Below, piece after piece: positions 1-8,000 of a stretch of DNA of 11,113 nt. The notes beneath the pieces were generated by a model that ran no database searches, was not told where the DNA came from, and was given only the letters and a program-made list of their open reading frames with translations. Source of the stretch: a bacterium (GTDB lineage Bacteria > Zhuqueibacterota > Zhuqueibacteria > Oceanimicrobiales > Oceanimicrobiaceae); contig JBHHXN010000171.1 in NCBI GenBank assembly GCA_046757025.1, forward strand, positions 1 through 11,113. Direction: 5' to 3'. The position numbers and the translations under genes are program-made. How positions within the stretch are numbered: position 1 is the first letter of the stretch; each line of letters begins with the position of its first letter.

Positions 1-60
1 GAAGCAATCTCCTGCCTAACTAATTGGGAGATTGCTTCGCTGCGAAACGCTCGCAATGAC
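1..60. repeat. REP-like palindromic element (GTCATTGCGAG...CTCGCAATGAC type), left end truncated by the window
   Basis: Perfect 12-bp stem GAAGCAATCTCC (1-12)/GGAGATTGCTTC (27-38), small GCG-AAA-CGC hairpin (42-50), terminal CTCGCAATGAC (50-60). The same motifs recur at 4705-4793. Confidence 0.8.
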
Positions 61-153
61 AGTAAAAATTGTGTTTTCTGTCAATCACTAAATAAATCAC
101 ATGTATTGTCAATTCACAATTAACCAATCACCATTATATATTAAAACACCAGC

Positions 154-1677
154 ATGGCTGAGACTTCTTTATTAGAATACCTGTTAGAAATTGCACGCGG
201 GGTTTTGTCAGAACAGGATTTGGACCGCATCTTGTCTGCAGCCATGGATGGCGCCATCGAAATCTCCGGCGCGGAACGGGGATTAATTATCCTATTTGAT
301 GAGAGCGGGAAAGTGCGTTTTCAAACCGCACGTAATTTAAATAAAGAAGAACTTGCACAGCCAAAGTACGAGATTAGCCGCACCATCATCGAAAAGGTTA
401 GAACGACTAAGCGCCCACTCTATGTGAAAAACGCCCGCGAGGACCCGGAATTTCAGGCAAGCCAGAGTGTGATCAAACTGAAAATATTGTCGGTGATTTG
501 CCTGCCGTTAATACATGAAGGACGGGTCTTTGGGGAGGTTTACCTGGACAACCGCACGGTTCGGGGAGCCTTTAAGCCAGCAAGCTTTCAGTTTGCGCAA
601 AAGTTTGCCGATTTCATCTCGGTGGCCGCTCATCATGCCCTGGAACGCCTGCAATTAAACAGCCATGTGCATGCGCTTCAGAAAGAGCTTCGAGAGCAGT
701 TTCATTTTGAGGCTATCATTGGGAAGCATCCGGCCATTGTTGAAATATTAGACCTGATTGCACAGATAGCCGATACCGACGCCACCGTGCTTTTGCAGGG
801 AGAAAGTGGCACCGGCAAGGAGCTGATTGCACGCGCGCTGCATTTGAACAGCCGTCGCCGCGACAAACCATTTGTTCCGATAAATTGTGGCGCCCTGCCA
901 GACAACTTGCTGGAGTCTGAGCTTTTTGGACATGTACGGGGGGCTTTCACTGGCGCCACGGCCAATAAAATCGGCTGGTTTGAACGGGCTTATGGCGGGA
1001 CTGTTTTTCTGGATGAAGTGGCAGAAATGTCGCCCGCCATGCAGGTGAAGCTGTTGCGAATTTTACAAACCGGTGAATTCTCGCCGTTGGGAAGCACCGT
1101 CATCCACCAGGGCGATGTGCGCATCGTAGCTGCAACCAATAAGAAATTAGAGCGGGTCATCAAGCAAGGCAAGTTCAGGGAAGACCTTTTTTACCGGTTG
1201 AAAGTGATTGGAATTGAGGTACCTCCCCTGAGAGAACGCAAAAGCGACATTGCCCTTTTAGCCGAGCATTTTATACAGATTTTTGGTCAAAAATACCATA
1301 AAATGAATTTACGTCTTTCCGACAAAGCTAAAGACCAGTTGTACCTGTATGACTTTCCCGGCAATATTCGTGAGCTTGAGAATATTATTCAGCGGGCCAC
1401 CATTTTAGCAAGGGGTGAAGAGATTGAACCGCGCCATTTGCCCGTAAACCTGGCCTCCTGCGATGATGGTTTGTCGGCAGACGGCGAAGCGCTCACTTTT
1501 AAAGCAGCCAAACAGCGCTTAGTGCAAAAGTTTGAACGTGAATTCATAATCGAGCGTTTGATGAAAACCAAAGGCAACATAAGTCGTGCGGCACAGCAGT
1601 CTGGAATGGATGTGAAAAATTTTTATACCAAAATGAAGAAGTATGATATTGATGCAAAGGTATTTAGTGGGGAATGA
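154..1677 (+). CDS. Sigma54-dependent transcriptional activator (bEBP) with GAF, AAA+ and Fis-type HTH domains (NifA/FhlA-like architecture)
   Basis: N-terminal GAF-like region (ISGAERGLIIL...SVICLPL...GEVYLDNR), Walker A GESGTGKE, ESELFGH, intact GAFTGA loop, Walker B FLDEV, FREDLFYRL, FPGNIRELEN, C-terminal HTH GNISRAAQQSGM...FYTKMKKY. Confidence 0.95.
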   Translation: MAETSLLEYLLEIARGVLSEQDLDRILSAAMDGAIEISGAERGLIILFDESGKVRFQTARNLNKEELAQPKYEISRTIIEKVRTTKRPLYVKNAREDPEFQASQSVIKLKILSVICLPLIHEGRVFGEVYLDNRTVRGAFKPASFQFAQKFADFISVAAHHALERLQLNSHVHALQKELREQFHFEAIIGKHPAIVEILDLIAQIADTDATVLLQGESGTGKELIARALHLNSRRRDKPFVPINCGALPDNLLESELFGHVRGAFTGATANKIGWFERAYGGTVFLDEVAEMSPAMQVKLLRILQTGEFSPLGSTVIHQGDVRIVAATNKKLERVIKQGKFREDLFYRLKVIGIEVPPLRERKSDIALLAEHFIQIFGQKYHKMNLRLSDKAKDQLYLYDFPGNIRELENIIQRATILARGEEIEPRHLPVNLASCDDGLSADGEALTFKAAKQRLVQKFEREFIIERLMKTKGNISRAAQQSGMDVKNFYTKMKKYDIDAKVFSGE

Positions 1678-1692
1678 TCCAACCTAATAAAG

Positions 1693-2094
1693 CTATTTAA
1701 TTGTCACAAACTTTTCAGCCCAAATAAGAACTTTCTGTGTAATTTCCAGAGCCTTCAGGTATTCTACTTCAGAAACTTCTTCAAAGAAGCCTGGGTATCG
1801 AGTTTCAACAGCGTATTCACTTAATTCAGCCGCCTCGTCCAATTCCTCCGGCCACGTTATTCCATTTTCTTTGATTAAGGTTATGAGTCTGGCAATATCA
1901 TGAACGAATGGAAAATCCACCCCCTTAAAAAGCAACACAGATTTTATGGCTTTTTCTACCGCCTGTTGTAAATTAAAACAGAGATCCTCCCAAAATATGT
2001 CGTCGGTCTTATCGGTTTGCGCTAACTTGAAATTGCTTTGTGCTCGCGCTAACCATTCTTGTGGAGAAACTAAATGATTATTTCCCGCTGGCAT
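1693..2094 (-). CDS. HEPN domain protein (PF05168/COG2250-like), partner of the adjacent MNT
   Basis: Motifs EWLARA, CFNLQQAVEKAIK, HDI..L, ETRYP; 133 aa. Overlaps the end of the MNT gene by 17 nt and has an AGGGAG SD upstream. No canonical RX4-6H motif. Confidence 0.88.
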   Translation of the reverse strand: MPAGNNHLVSPQEWLARAQSNFKLAQTDKTDDIFWEDLCFNLQQAVEKAIKSVLLFKGVDFPFVHDIARLITLIKENGITWPEELDEAAELSEYAVETRYPGFFEEVSEVEYLKALEITQKVLIWAEKFVTIK

Positions 2095-2401
2095 AAATTT
2101 CTCTCCCTTCTTGAACTGCAGAATTGTATATCAGACCGATTTTATTGCCATATACCTGCAAGTCAGTTTCAGTAGCTACAATGATATCTACTGCACATTG
2201 GAATCCGATCATATGACGATATATCATCTGGGCGGTACGCCGTCGTTGGGTACCGTCGGGAACTATTACGAGAATGTCGAGGTCGCTGTTCGAATCCATT
2301 TCTCCACGCGCGGCAGAACCAAATAAAATAATCTTTTTGGGTTGTACAACCGTAACAATTCTTTGAATTAACCTATCAATTAATTTGGTATCAGGATACA
2401 T
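2078..2401 (-). CDS. Minimal nucleotidyltransferase (MNT), antitoxin-like; start reassigned to ATG at 2401 (107 aa)
   Basis: IILFGSAARGEMDSNSDLDILV is the GSX10DXD motif; also VDIIV and EGREIY. The 39 extra codons up to 2518 look like AT-rich intergenic DNA, and a TATAAT hexamer lies at 2417-2422 on the minus strand just upstream of 2401. Confidence 0.88.
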   Translation of the reverse strand: MYPDTKLIDRLIQRIVTVVQPKKIILFGSAARGEMDSNSDLDILVIVPDGTQRRRTAQMIYRHMIGFQCAVDIIVATETDLQVYGNKIGLIYNSAVQEGREIYASGK

Positions 2402-2576
2402 TTTTCGTGTTTCCAAATTATATTCTATTACTAAAATATGGTTATTTTTCGTCAAAATAAAGTTAAAATTCAGTTCTTCTGTAATTTTTTCTATCCCCAA
2501 AATGTTTTTACATTTCAAAAGATAGAAGGTGCGTTTTCTCCACTTACATGCAAATTCAGTGTATTCGTAGTTTTAT

Positions 2577-2613
2577 TTTGGTAACATTACCAAAGTGCTT
2601 TGGTAATGTTACC
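2577..2613. promoter_or_regulatory. Tandem palindromic protein-binding sites, probable bEBP upstream activator sequence
   Basis: Perfect 16-bp inverted repeat GGTAACATTACCAAAG (2580-2595)/CTTTGGTAATGTTACC (2598-2613). Each arm contains its own palindrome GGTAA-N2-TTACC, with centres 22 bp apart. It lies ~120-150 bp upstream of a sigma54-like promoter. Confidence 0.6.
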
Positions 2614-2728
2614 TCTTTTCTCCTCAAAATAACCTCCCTTATATTCTCAAAGCACTTTTGTCCTTATTTCCTTAAAAACAATTAATTATGCTAACATCTG
2701 GTTAAGCAAATACTTTGATTGTCGTATC

Positions 2729-2745
2729 TGGCACACAAGTTGAAT
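2729..2745 (+). promoter_or_regulatory. Putative sigma54 (-24/-12) promoter
   Basis: TGGCAC-ACAAG-TTGAAT versus consensus TGGCAC-N5-TTGCW: perfect -24 box, correct spacing, GA instead of GC at -12. A bEBP gene and a UAS-like palindrome lie upstream. Confidence 0.6.
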
Positions 2746-2775
2746 GTAATTTCTTCAAACAAGACAAATGGAATA

Positions 2776-3141
2776 ATGCAAAAACCTTATGTGATAATTT
2801 CTGGCCCAACTATCACTTCAGATGAAGAACTGTTTCACGAACTGAATAAATATATGACGACTGTGAAATGCCTGGAGAGTAGTGAGATTGAAACTTTGCT
2901 GGCAACCCACAAAGTTGACATTCTCCTGTTTGAAATAACAACTGATTCAAAAGTCGATTTGAACATTATTAAAAACATTAGAAATAAATTTTCGATGGTT
3001 GAGATAATTTTGATCGATGCGATTGGCGATCGCAATGTCCTTGCCCGCGCCTTTGCTTCAGGCGCCAGAGACGCCTTTCCGATTGCGTATAATCGCGCTT
3101 TGCTTCTGGAAAGAATACAAGCGCTTTTACGGCGGATTTAA
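2776..3141 (+). CDS. Stand-alone atypical (pseudo-)receiver domain protein; start reassigned to ATG 2776 (121 aa)
   Basis: CheY-fold pattern VDILLFEI...IIKNIR...EIILIDA.GD....RAF.SGARD.F...Y...LLLERIQALLRR. The phosphoacceptor Asp position is Glu, and the acidic pair, T/S and KP are replaced. The TTG start at 2719 would lie upstream of the sigma54 box. Confidence 0.8.
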   Translation: MQKPYVIISGPTITSDEELFHELNKYMTTVKCLESSEIETLLATHKVDILLFEITTDSKVDLNIIKNIRNKFSMVEIILIDAIGDRNVLARAFASGARDAFPIAYNRALLLERIQALLRRI

Positions 3142-3199
3142 AACTCTAAATATTCACTATTCGAAAGTAGATGGAACACTGTTTAAATTAACATTAACA

Positions 3200-3289
3200 G
3201 TCATTCTGTAGGAATCTTTTTTTGTGTTTAGAAATAATCCTTAAATATGTTCCATTGCTAGAAATCGACAAGATTCCATCCTGAATGAC
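3200..3289. repeat. REP-like inverted repeat (GTCATTC...GAATGAC type)
   Basis: GTCATTC (3200-3206)/GAATGAC (3283-3289) and GGAATCTT (3211-3218)/AAGATTCC (3270-3277) enclose a 51-nt AT-rich spacer. It shares the GTCATT/AATGAC termini with the other elements. Confidence 0.6.
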
Positions 3290-3358
3290 AAATTTAATTT
3301 GCTTGTGGGAAAAAGCCACCAATCAATCTAACTAAGAAATGTGAGTGATAATTATTTT

Positions 3359-3498
3359 CTGAGTTGAGCGATTTAAATTTGCAAATACACACATAGCGGT
3401 CGATTTGTAAGAGTGTGGGTGTTTACGCTTCAGCGTGTTCCTCCCTCCCTCCCCCCGACACACCGAAATTTCCATCGATAATGAATCGCTCAGTTCAG
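3359..3498 (+). ncRNA. Candidate structured leader RNA or sRNA with a C-rich loop
   Basis: 16-bp closing stem 3359-3374/3483-3498 (three G-U pairs), inner stem 3383-3394/3413-3424 (11 of 12 pairs), and hairpin GUGUU/GACAC (3435-3439/3457-3461) with loop CCUCCCUCCCUCCCCCC. Nearly all deviations are G-U on the + strand. Confidence 0.4.
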
Positions 3499-3536
3499 GT
3501 GTTTATTAATTAAACCAAACTTTGAAGGACGACATG

Positions 3537-4670
3537 ATGAAAGTAAATAAATCTATTTATTGTGGACTAATGCTGTATCTGCTTTTGATCTTGCCAGAGA
3601 ATCTGTTTTCTCAACAAATCACCATAACCTCTGATGATATGCTGAATATGATTGGCTCCGCTCAAATCTTACGGGAAGATACGCGGTTCAGTATTCCGGT
3701 AAATGTTGGTTCACCCGGACCTGCTCAAACGTGGGATTTTCGAACAACAACCCTGGTCAATCCTTTTTTGGTAGTTTTTGAGTATTTAGCGCCGCAGTCA
3801 ACGCTTTCCAGCGCTACCTATCCTGAATCCAACCTGGTTGAGAAGATCTCAGACCCTGAGAGGCCGGGGTTTGAAGCGTACAATTACTTAAAAGTGACGA
3901 ACTCGCATTTTATAGATTTAGGAGATAGTACTAAAATGATCTCACCGATGGATACCTCATTTGTCTATTTTCAAAACGATACCCTTGCCCCGCTGCCACT
4001 GGCCTTTAACAACACCTGGATGAGCACGGAACGTGATACCACGGGTCTTTATCCTGCTACCGCCAATATTTCCATCGATACAACGATAAATGTGGTGGAT
4101 GCCTGGGGTACGGTACGCTTACCCATGGGTGATTTTCAATGCCTGCGATTGCGCCAGGATGTAAAGGTCATCAATCAGACTATCTTCAATGGGTCGATTA
4201 TTTCCACTGGCATTGATACGTATATTCAATACAATTGGCTGGCGAAAGGGATTAGTCTGGTGGCCCGAATCCAAAGCCAGAACGGAGAAACCAATCCGAA
4301 TTTCACGAACGCGCAAGGATTTGGACGGCTCGATTCAATGAGTACCTCTCCTGCAACCGGCGTGGAGCAAGCCGATGATATGCAGGTGCCGGCGCAATTC
4401 GAGCTGTTTCAGAATTATCCCAACCCATTTAATCCCCAAACAACCATTCGTTTCAGGTTGAAAGCATCGTTGGAAGTGACTTTGGAGGTTTACAACATCC
4501 AGGGCCAGTTGGTGCGCTCACTGATTGCCGGAAAACTTAGCGCCGGCAGCCACAGCGTGGTGTGGGGTGGCCGGGATGAGCAGACAAAGCTGGTTCCAAG
4601 CGGTTTGTACATCACCCGCATGCAAGCGGGGGAATTCGTGCAGCATAGTAAAATGCTGCTGATCAAGTGA
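3537..4670 (+). CDS. Secreted protein of unknown function with T9SS type A / FlgD-Ig-like C-terminal sorting domain
   Basis: AAGGA SD (3525-3529) favours ATG 3537 (3534 also possible). Signal peptide ...ILPENLFS|Q. Beta-rich body with QITIT, TWDF and DAWGTVRLPMG motifs. CTD FELFQNYPNPFNPQT...SGLY...KMLLIK. Confidence 0.85.
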   Translation: MKVNKSIYCGLMLYLLLILPENLFSQQITITSDDMLNMIGSAQILREDTRFSIPVNVGSPGPAQTWDFRTTTLVNPFLVVFEYLAPQSTLSSATYPESNLVEKISDPERPGFEAYNYLKVTNSHFIDLGDSTKMISPMDTSFVYFQNDTLAPLPLAFNNTWMSTERDTTGLYPATANISIDTTINVVDAWGTVRLPMGDFQCLRLRQDVKVINQTIFNGSIISTGIDTYIQYNWLAKGISLVARIQSQNGETNPNFTNAQGFGRLDSMSTSPATGVEQADDMQVPAQFELFQNYPNPFNPQTTIRFRLKASLEVTLEVYNIQGQLVRSLIAGKLSAGSHSVVWGGRDEQTKLVPSGLYITRMQAGEFVQHSKMLLIK

Positions 4671-4704
4671 CTATATAGTGCTTGACGGAAAACTGCTGGA
4701 GGCT

Positions 4705-4793
4705 GTCAATGCGAGCGCTTTTCAGCGAAGCAGTTCCCCTCTGTTACACAGGAGATTGCTTCGTCCCGCAAACAACGCGGGACTCGCAATGAC
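4705..4793. repeat. REP-like multi-branched palindromic element, complete copy
   Basis: Terminal inverted repeat GTCAATGCGAG (4705-4715)/CTCGCAATGAC (4783-4793) with 1 mismatch. Inner CGAAGCAGTTCCC/GGAGATTGCTTCG stem, perfect 7-bp GTCCCGC/GCGGGAC hairpin (4763-4783), and CGCT-TTTC-AGCG hairpin. Homologous to 1-60. Confidence 0.8.
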
Positions 4794-4861
4794 CAGGAGG
4801 TACATGAGTTTTCGATTAACCACTATTTTAGAGCGAACCTGAGAAATGGGAAAAAAATCTC

Positions 4862-4990
4862 ATGACTAACACAACACGACTCTTCCTCTCGGCCCTTGTG
4901 ACGGGCACATTTGTTCTTGGCTTGAGCCCTGGGCACGCTTATTTCAACAAGCCCTGCAAACCGCAGACGCGCCGAAATCGCCAGCTTTGA
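4862..4990 (+). pseudogene. 42-codon ORF with signal-peptide-like N-terminus; possible remnant of a secreted-protein gene or a small exported peptide
   Basis: Translates to MTNTTRLFLSALVTGTFVLGLSPGHA-YFNKPCKPQTRRNRQL*, with n/h/c regions typical of a Sec signal peptide. Too short for the ORF track. Confidence 0.3.
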
Positions 4991-5053
4991 CCTGCCAATT
5001 TTACCTGGCTCCACTTCAGTCCAAGGCGGGAAACTAAAAGAGGAAGAAAAGAT

Positions 5054-8000
5054 ATGAGTACTGCTAAGCGAATAATATCGAAAAATTGGATCGCTTCCAC
5101 TACTAATCCAGAACAAAAAACAAACGTATCATTTCTGCACTATGTTGTTTTCACCTGTGTTTATCTCGTACTTATTAGTCCAGTATTCTGGACATACGAT
5201 GTTTTTGCACAGTACGAGGGCTGGGTTCAAAAGGGTCCTTCGACCATCTTTATAATTGAAGATCAGGCGATCACTGGCATTGGAACCCAGATAGCCGTCG
5301 GTGAATCCGGACATGTGATGAAAACAACCGATGGCGGAGAGAACTGGACAAATTTAGTAAGCGGGACGACGACAGATTTGCATGCGATTTCTATTCCTGT
5401 CGGCGATATTGGTTATGTTGTTGGCAACTTGGGTAAAATTATCTGCACGACTAGTGCTGGTATGAATTGGTTCGATCTCAATAGCGGAACAGCAAAGAAT
5501 CTGTACGGCGTTTTTTTTACCGACGATAGTACTGGTACCGCTGTGGGGGAGAATGGCACCATAATCAAGACCACTGACTGGGGAACGACCTGGAATCCAC
5601 AAAACAGCGGTATCAACAAAATTCTCTATGATGTCTATGCAATAGACCAGCAGAAGGCTGTGGCGGTTGGCGAAGGCGGGATTATCCTGCGCACCGAAAA
5701 TGGCGGAGCGGACTGGTCACAACAGGTAAGCGGAACCACGGAAGATCTGATGGCAGTTGACGGTCACGGCGACAATAAATTGATCGTTTCGGGAAATAAA
5801 GGTGTCATATTGCATTCAATTTCCGCCGGAATGACCTGGACGCCTCGCGTAAGCGGAACCCTCGTACACCTGCCCGATGTGATCTTGTTGGATGAACCCT
5901 TCGCTGCTGTCATAGGACATGATGGCACCATTCTCCGAACAAAGGATGGCGGGATCACCTGGGTGCCTCAGGAGAGCGGAACAACCGAAAATCTTTTGTC
6001 CGTTGCCTTTTATGATAAAAACCATGGCAGCGCTGCGGGTGAAAACGGCACCGTACTGTACACAAGAACCGGGGGGAAAACACTGCCAATCATATTTGTC
6101 GATAATTCCAAGCCAAACGGCAACGGTCGTTTTACCAATCCTTTTGATAATTTGGCCGACGCGCTGAATGCAGCGGATTCAACACGCGCGGTGTGGGTCT
6201 CCAAAGGTTCAGGAGTCTATGCGGGCGGAATGACATTGAAGGAGCGGCAAACCGTGCTGGGACAAGGCGTCGATTTGAAATATGGCAACGAGATTCTGAT
6301 TCCTGCTGCAACGGCGCCAATTATTACCAATCAAAATGGAGATGGTGTCAGACTCGGGAAAAAAACAATGCTGGAAGGTTTCCAGATAGATAATTGCAAC
6401 GGCGCAGGAATTTTTGTAGGTCCTGATGTTGTGGATACTGTTCTTGTTGCCAATACAACCATCACCCGTGGAAAAAGAGGAATAGAAATTGACGGCAGTT
6501 CCGGGAAATTAATTTTTTCAAACGTGGACATTGTAAATACGGACGGCCCAAGTTTTCGCCTGTTGGATTCCGGTGGTTTGGGCACAAACAGCGCTGACGT
6601 CACTTTTACCGGCCAAATTACGCAAAGCACGTCTGCGGCAACAGTTGAGATCCAGGATCACCGGGGCACGGTTAACTTCACTGCCGGCTCGACAATCAAC
6701 GCCAGCAACGGCAACGGTTTGCAATTCAACAATGCTGACGGAAAATATTCTTTCATCGGGCTGAGCGTACTTAACAAAGGCCACGGCAGGATCGAAATCA
6801 TCGGCGGTTCGTCTGGCACCTTCACCTTTGACGACTTGACGATTACGGACTCTCGCGACGTGGGCATCCGGATCGATGGCAGCGACGGCGTCTTCGAATT
6901 TGGCAAAGTAAGCATTTCCAACACAGATAGCGCCGCCGTTTCCATTCGCAACTCCAGTGCAGACGTCACCTTCAAGAAGCTGGATATCGACAGCGCACTC
7001 GTCGGTGTTAAAATCGACAGTCTCGCCGGTAAGTTCGCCATCACCGGAGATGGCACACTTGGTTCGGGCGGTAGGATTCAGGATATGATTAAAAGCGGTA
7101 TGACTTTGAACAATGTTGGTATAGCCGCACTCAAAGATATGTTTTATCAGAATTTTGGCGGCAATGCTATAGAAACGTTGACTGTTGAGAATTTAGAGCT
7201 GGAAAATATCAGTGTTACCGGCGCCCAAAATGGAATCTACATTGATAACAAAACAAGAAAACCTGGCACAATTATAATTAATGGCGGAAGTATTAATGAC
7301 ACAGTTAACGACGGCTTATTTGTGCGAAATATGAACTTATTTGCGGACGGTGTCATCTTCGCCGATAGCAAATCTATTCGCGGTGACGCGATGGATTATG
7401 ATTTTAAGGGTGCGACGGAGGCAATAGTAGAGAACTGTAAATTTAAGGAAGTTAACATAAACTCTCTCTTGATCGAATTGAGTGAAAACCCTGGTCTAGT
7501 AGATAGCAGCGAAACGAACATCCTGTCCAACCATAAGAATTCAAATATGAAAGCCGGAAGCGCAACATTGCTGATTGATAACAATATCATGACCGCTCAA
7601 GGCCCTGAAGCCATAAAAGTGCAGGTCGGAGGTGTTGCAACTGCGAACAGTGTGGAAATAACCAATAATACCGTAATTGCTGACAGCGGTAATGGTATTG
7701 TTATACAAACAACCGATTCCAGTTCGGCTTTGGTCACTTTTGCAAACAACGACGTTTCTGCGGCTGCCAACGATTTCGTGCTCGTTCAGGATAGCAGCAG
7801 CACGTTCCAGTTAGCCGGTTTTGCCGGCGGCGATGCAGCGGCGGTGGCGGCGTTCATTCAGGACAACAACGTGGGCACGCCCTCGGTGGCAGTGAACGGC
7901 AGCATCAGCGCGGACCCAACCACGTCGGTTGAAGAATCTGATCCTGCTGTGATTCCGAGTGCCTTTCGTTTGGAGCAGAACTACCCGAACCCGTTCAATC

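Noticed and set aside
2402..2518. N-terminal extension of the MNT ORF (TTG start at 2518)
   Set aside because: AT-rich intergenic-like sequence containing a TATAAT box; the domain and typical MNT size fit ATG 2401.
2580..2613. Inverted repeat as an intrinsic terminator
   Set aside because: It has only a 2-nt spacer and self-palindromic arms, and lies between divergent genes with no gene ending there. A protein-binding site fits better.
2719..2775. TTG start and extension of the receiver ORF
   Set aside because: It overlaps the sigma54-like promoter, and the receiver fold begins at ATG 2776.
4795..4842. AGGAGG followed by ATG 4804 (12-codon ORF MSFRLTTILERT)
   Set aside because: SD-ATG spacing is only 3 nt and there is no other support.
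4931..4946. Second sigma54-like site GGGCACG-CTTA-TTTCA
   Set aside because: It lacks the highly conserved G of the -12 element and has no UAS-like palindrome nearby.
4823..5116. 97-aa minus-strand ORF
   Set aside because: No recognisable motif, antisense to the cluster, and overlaps the start of the 1060-aa gene.
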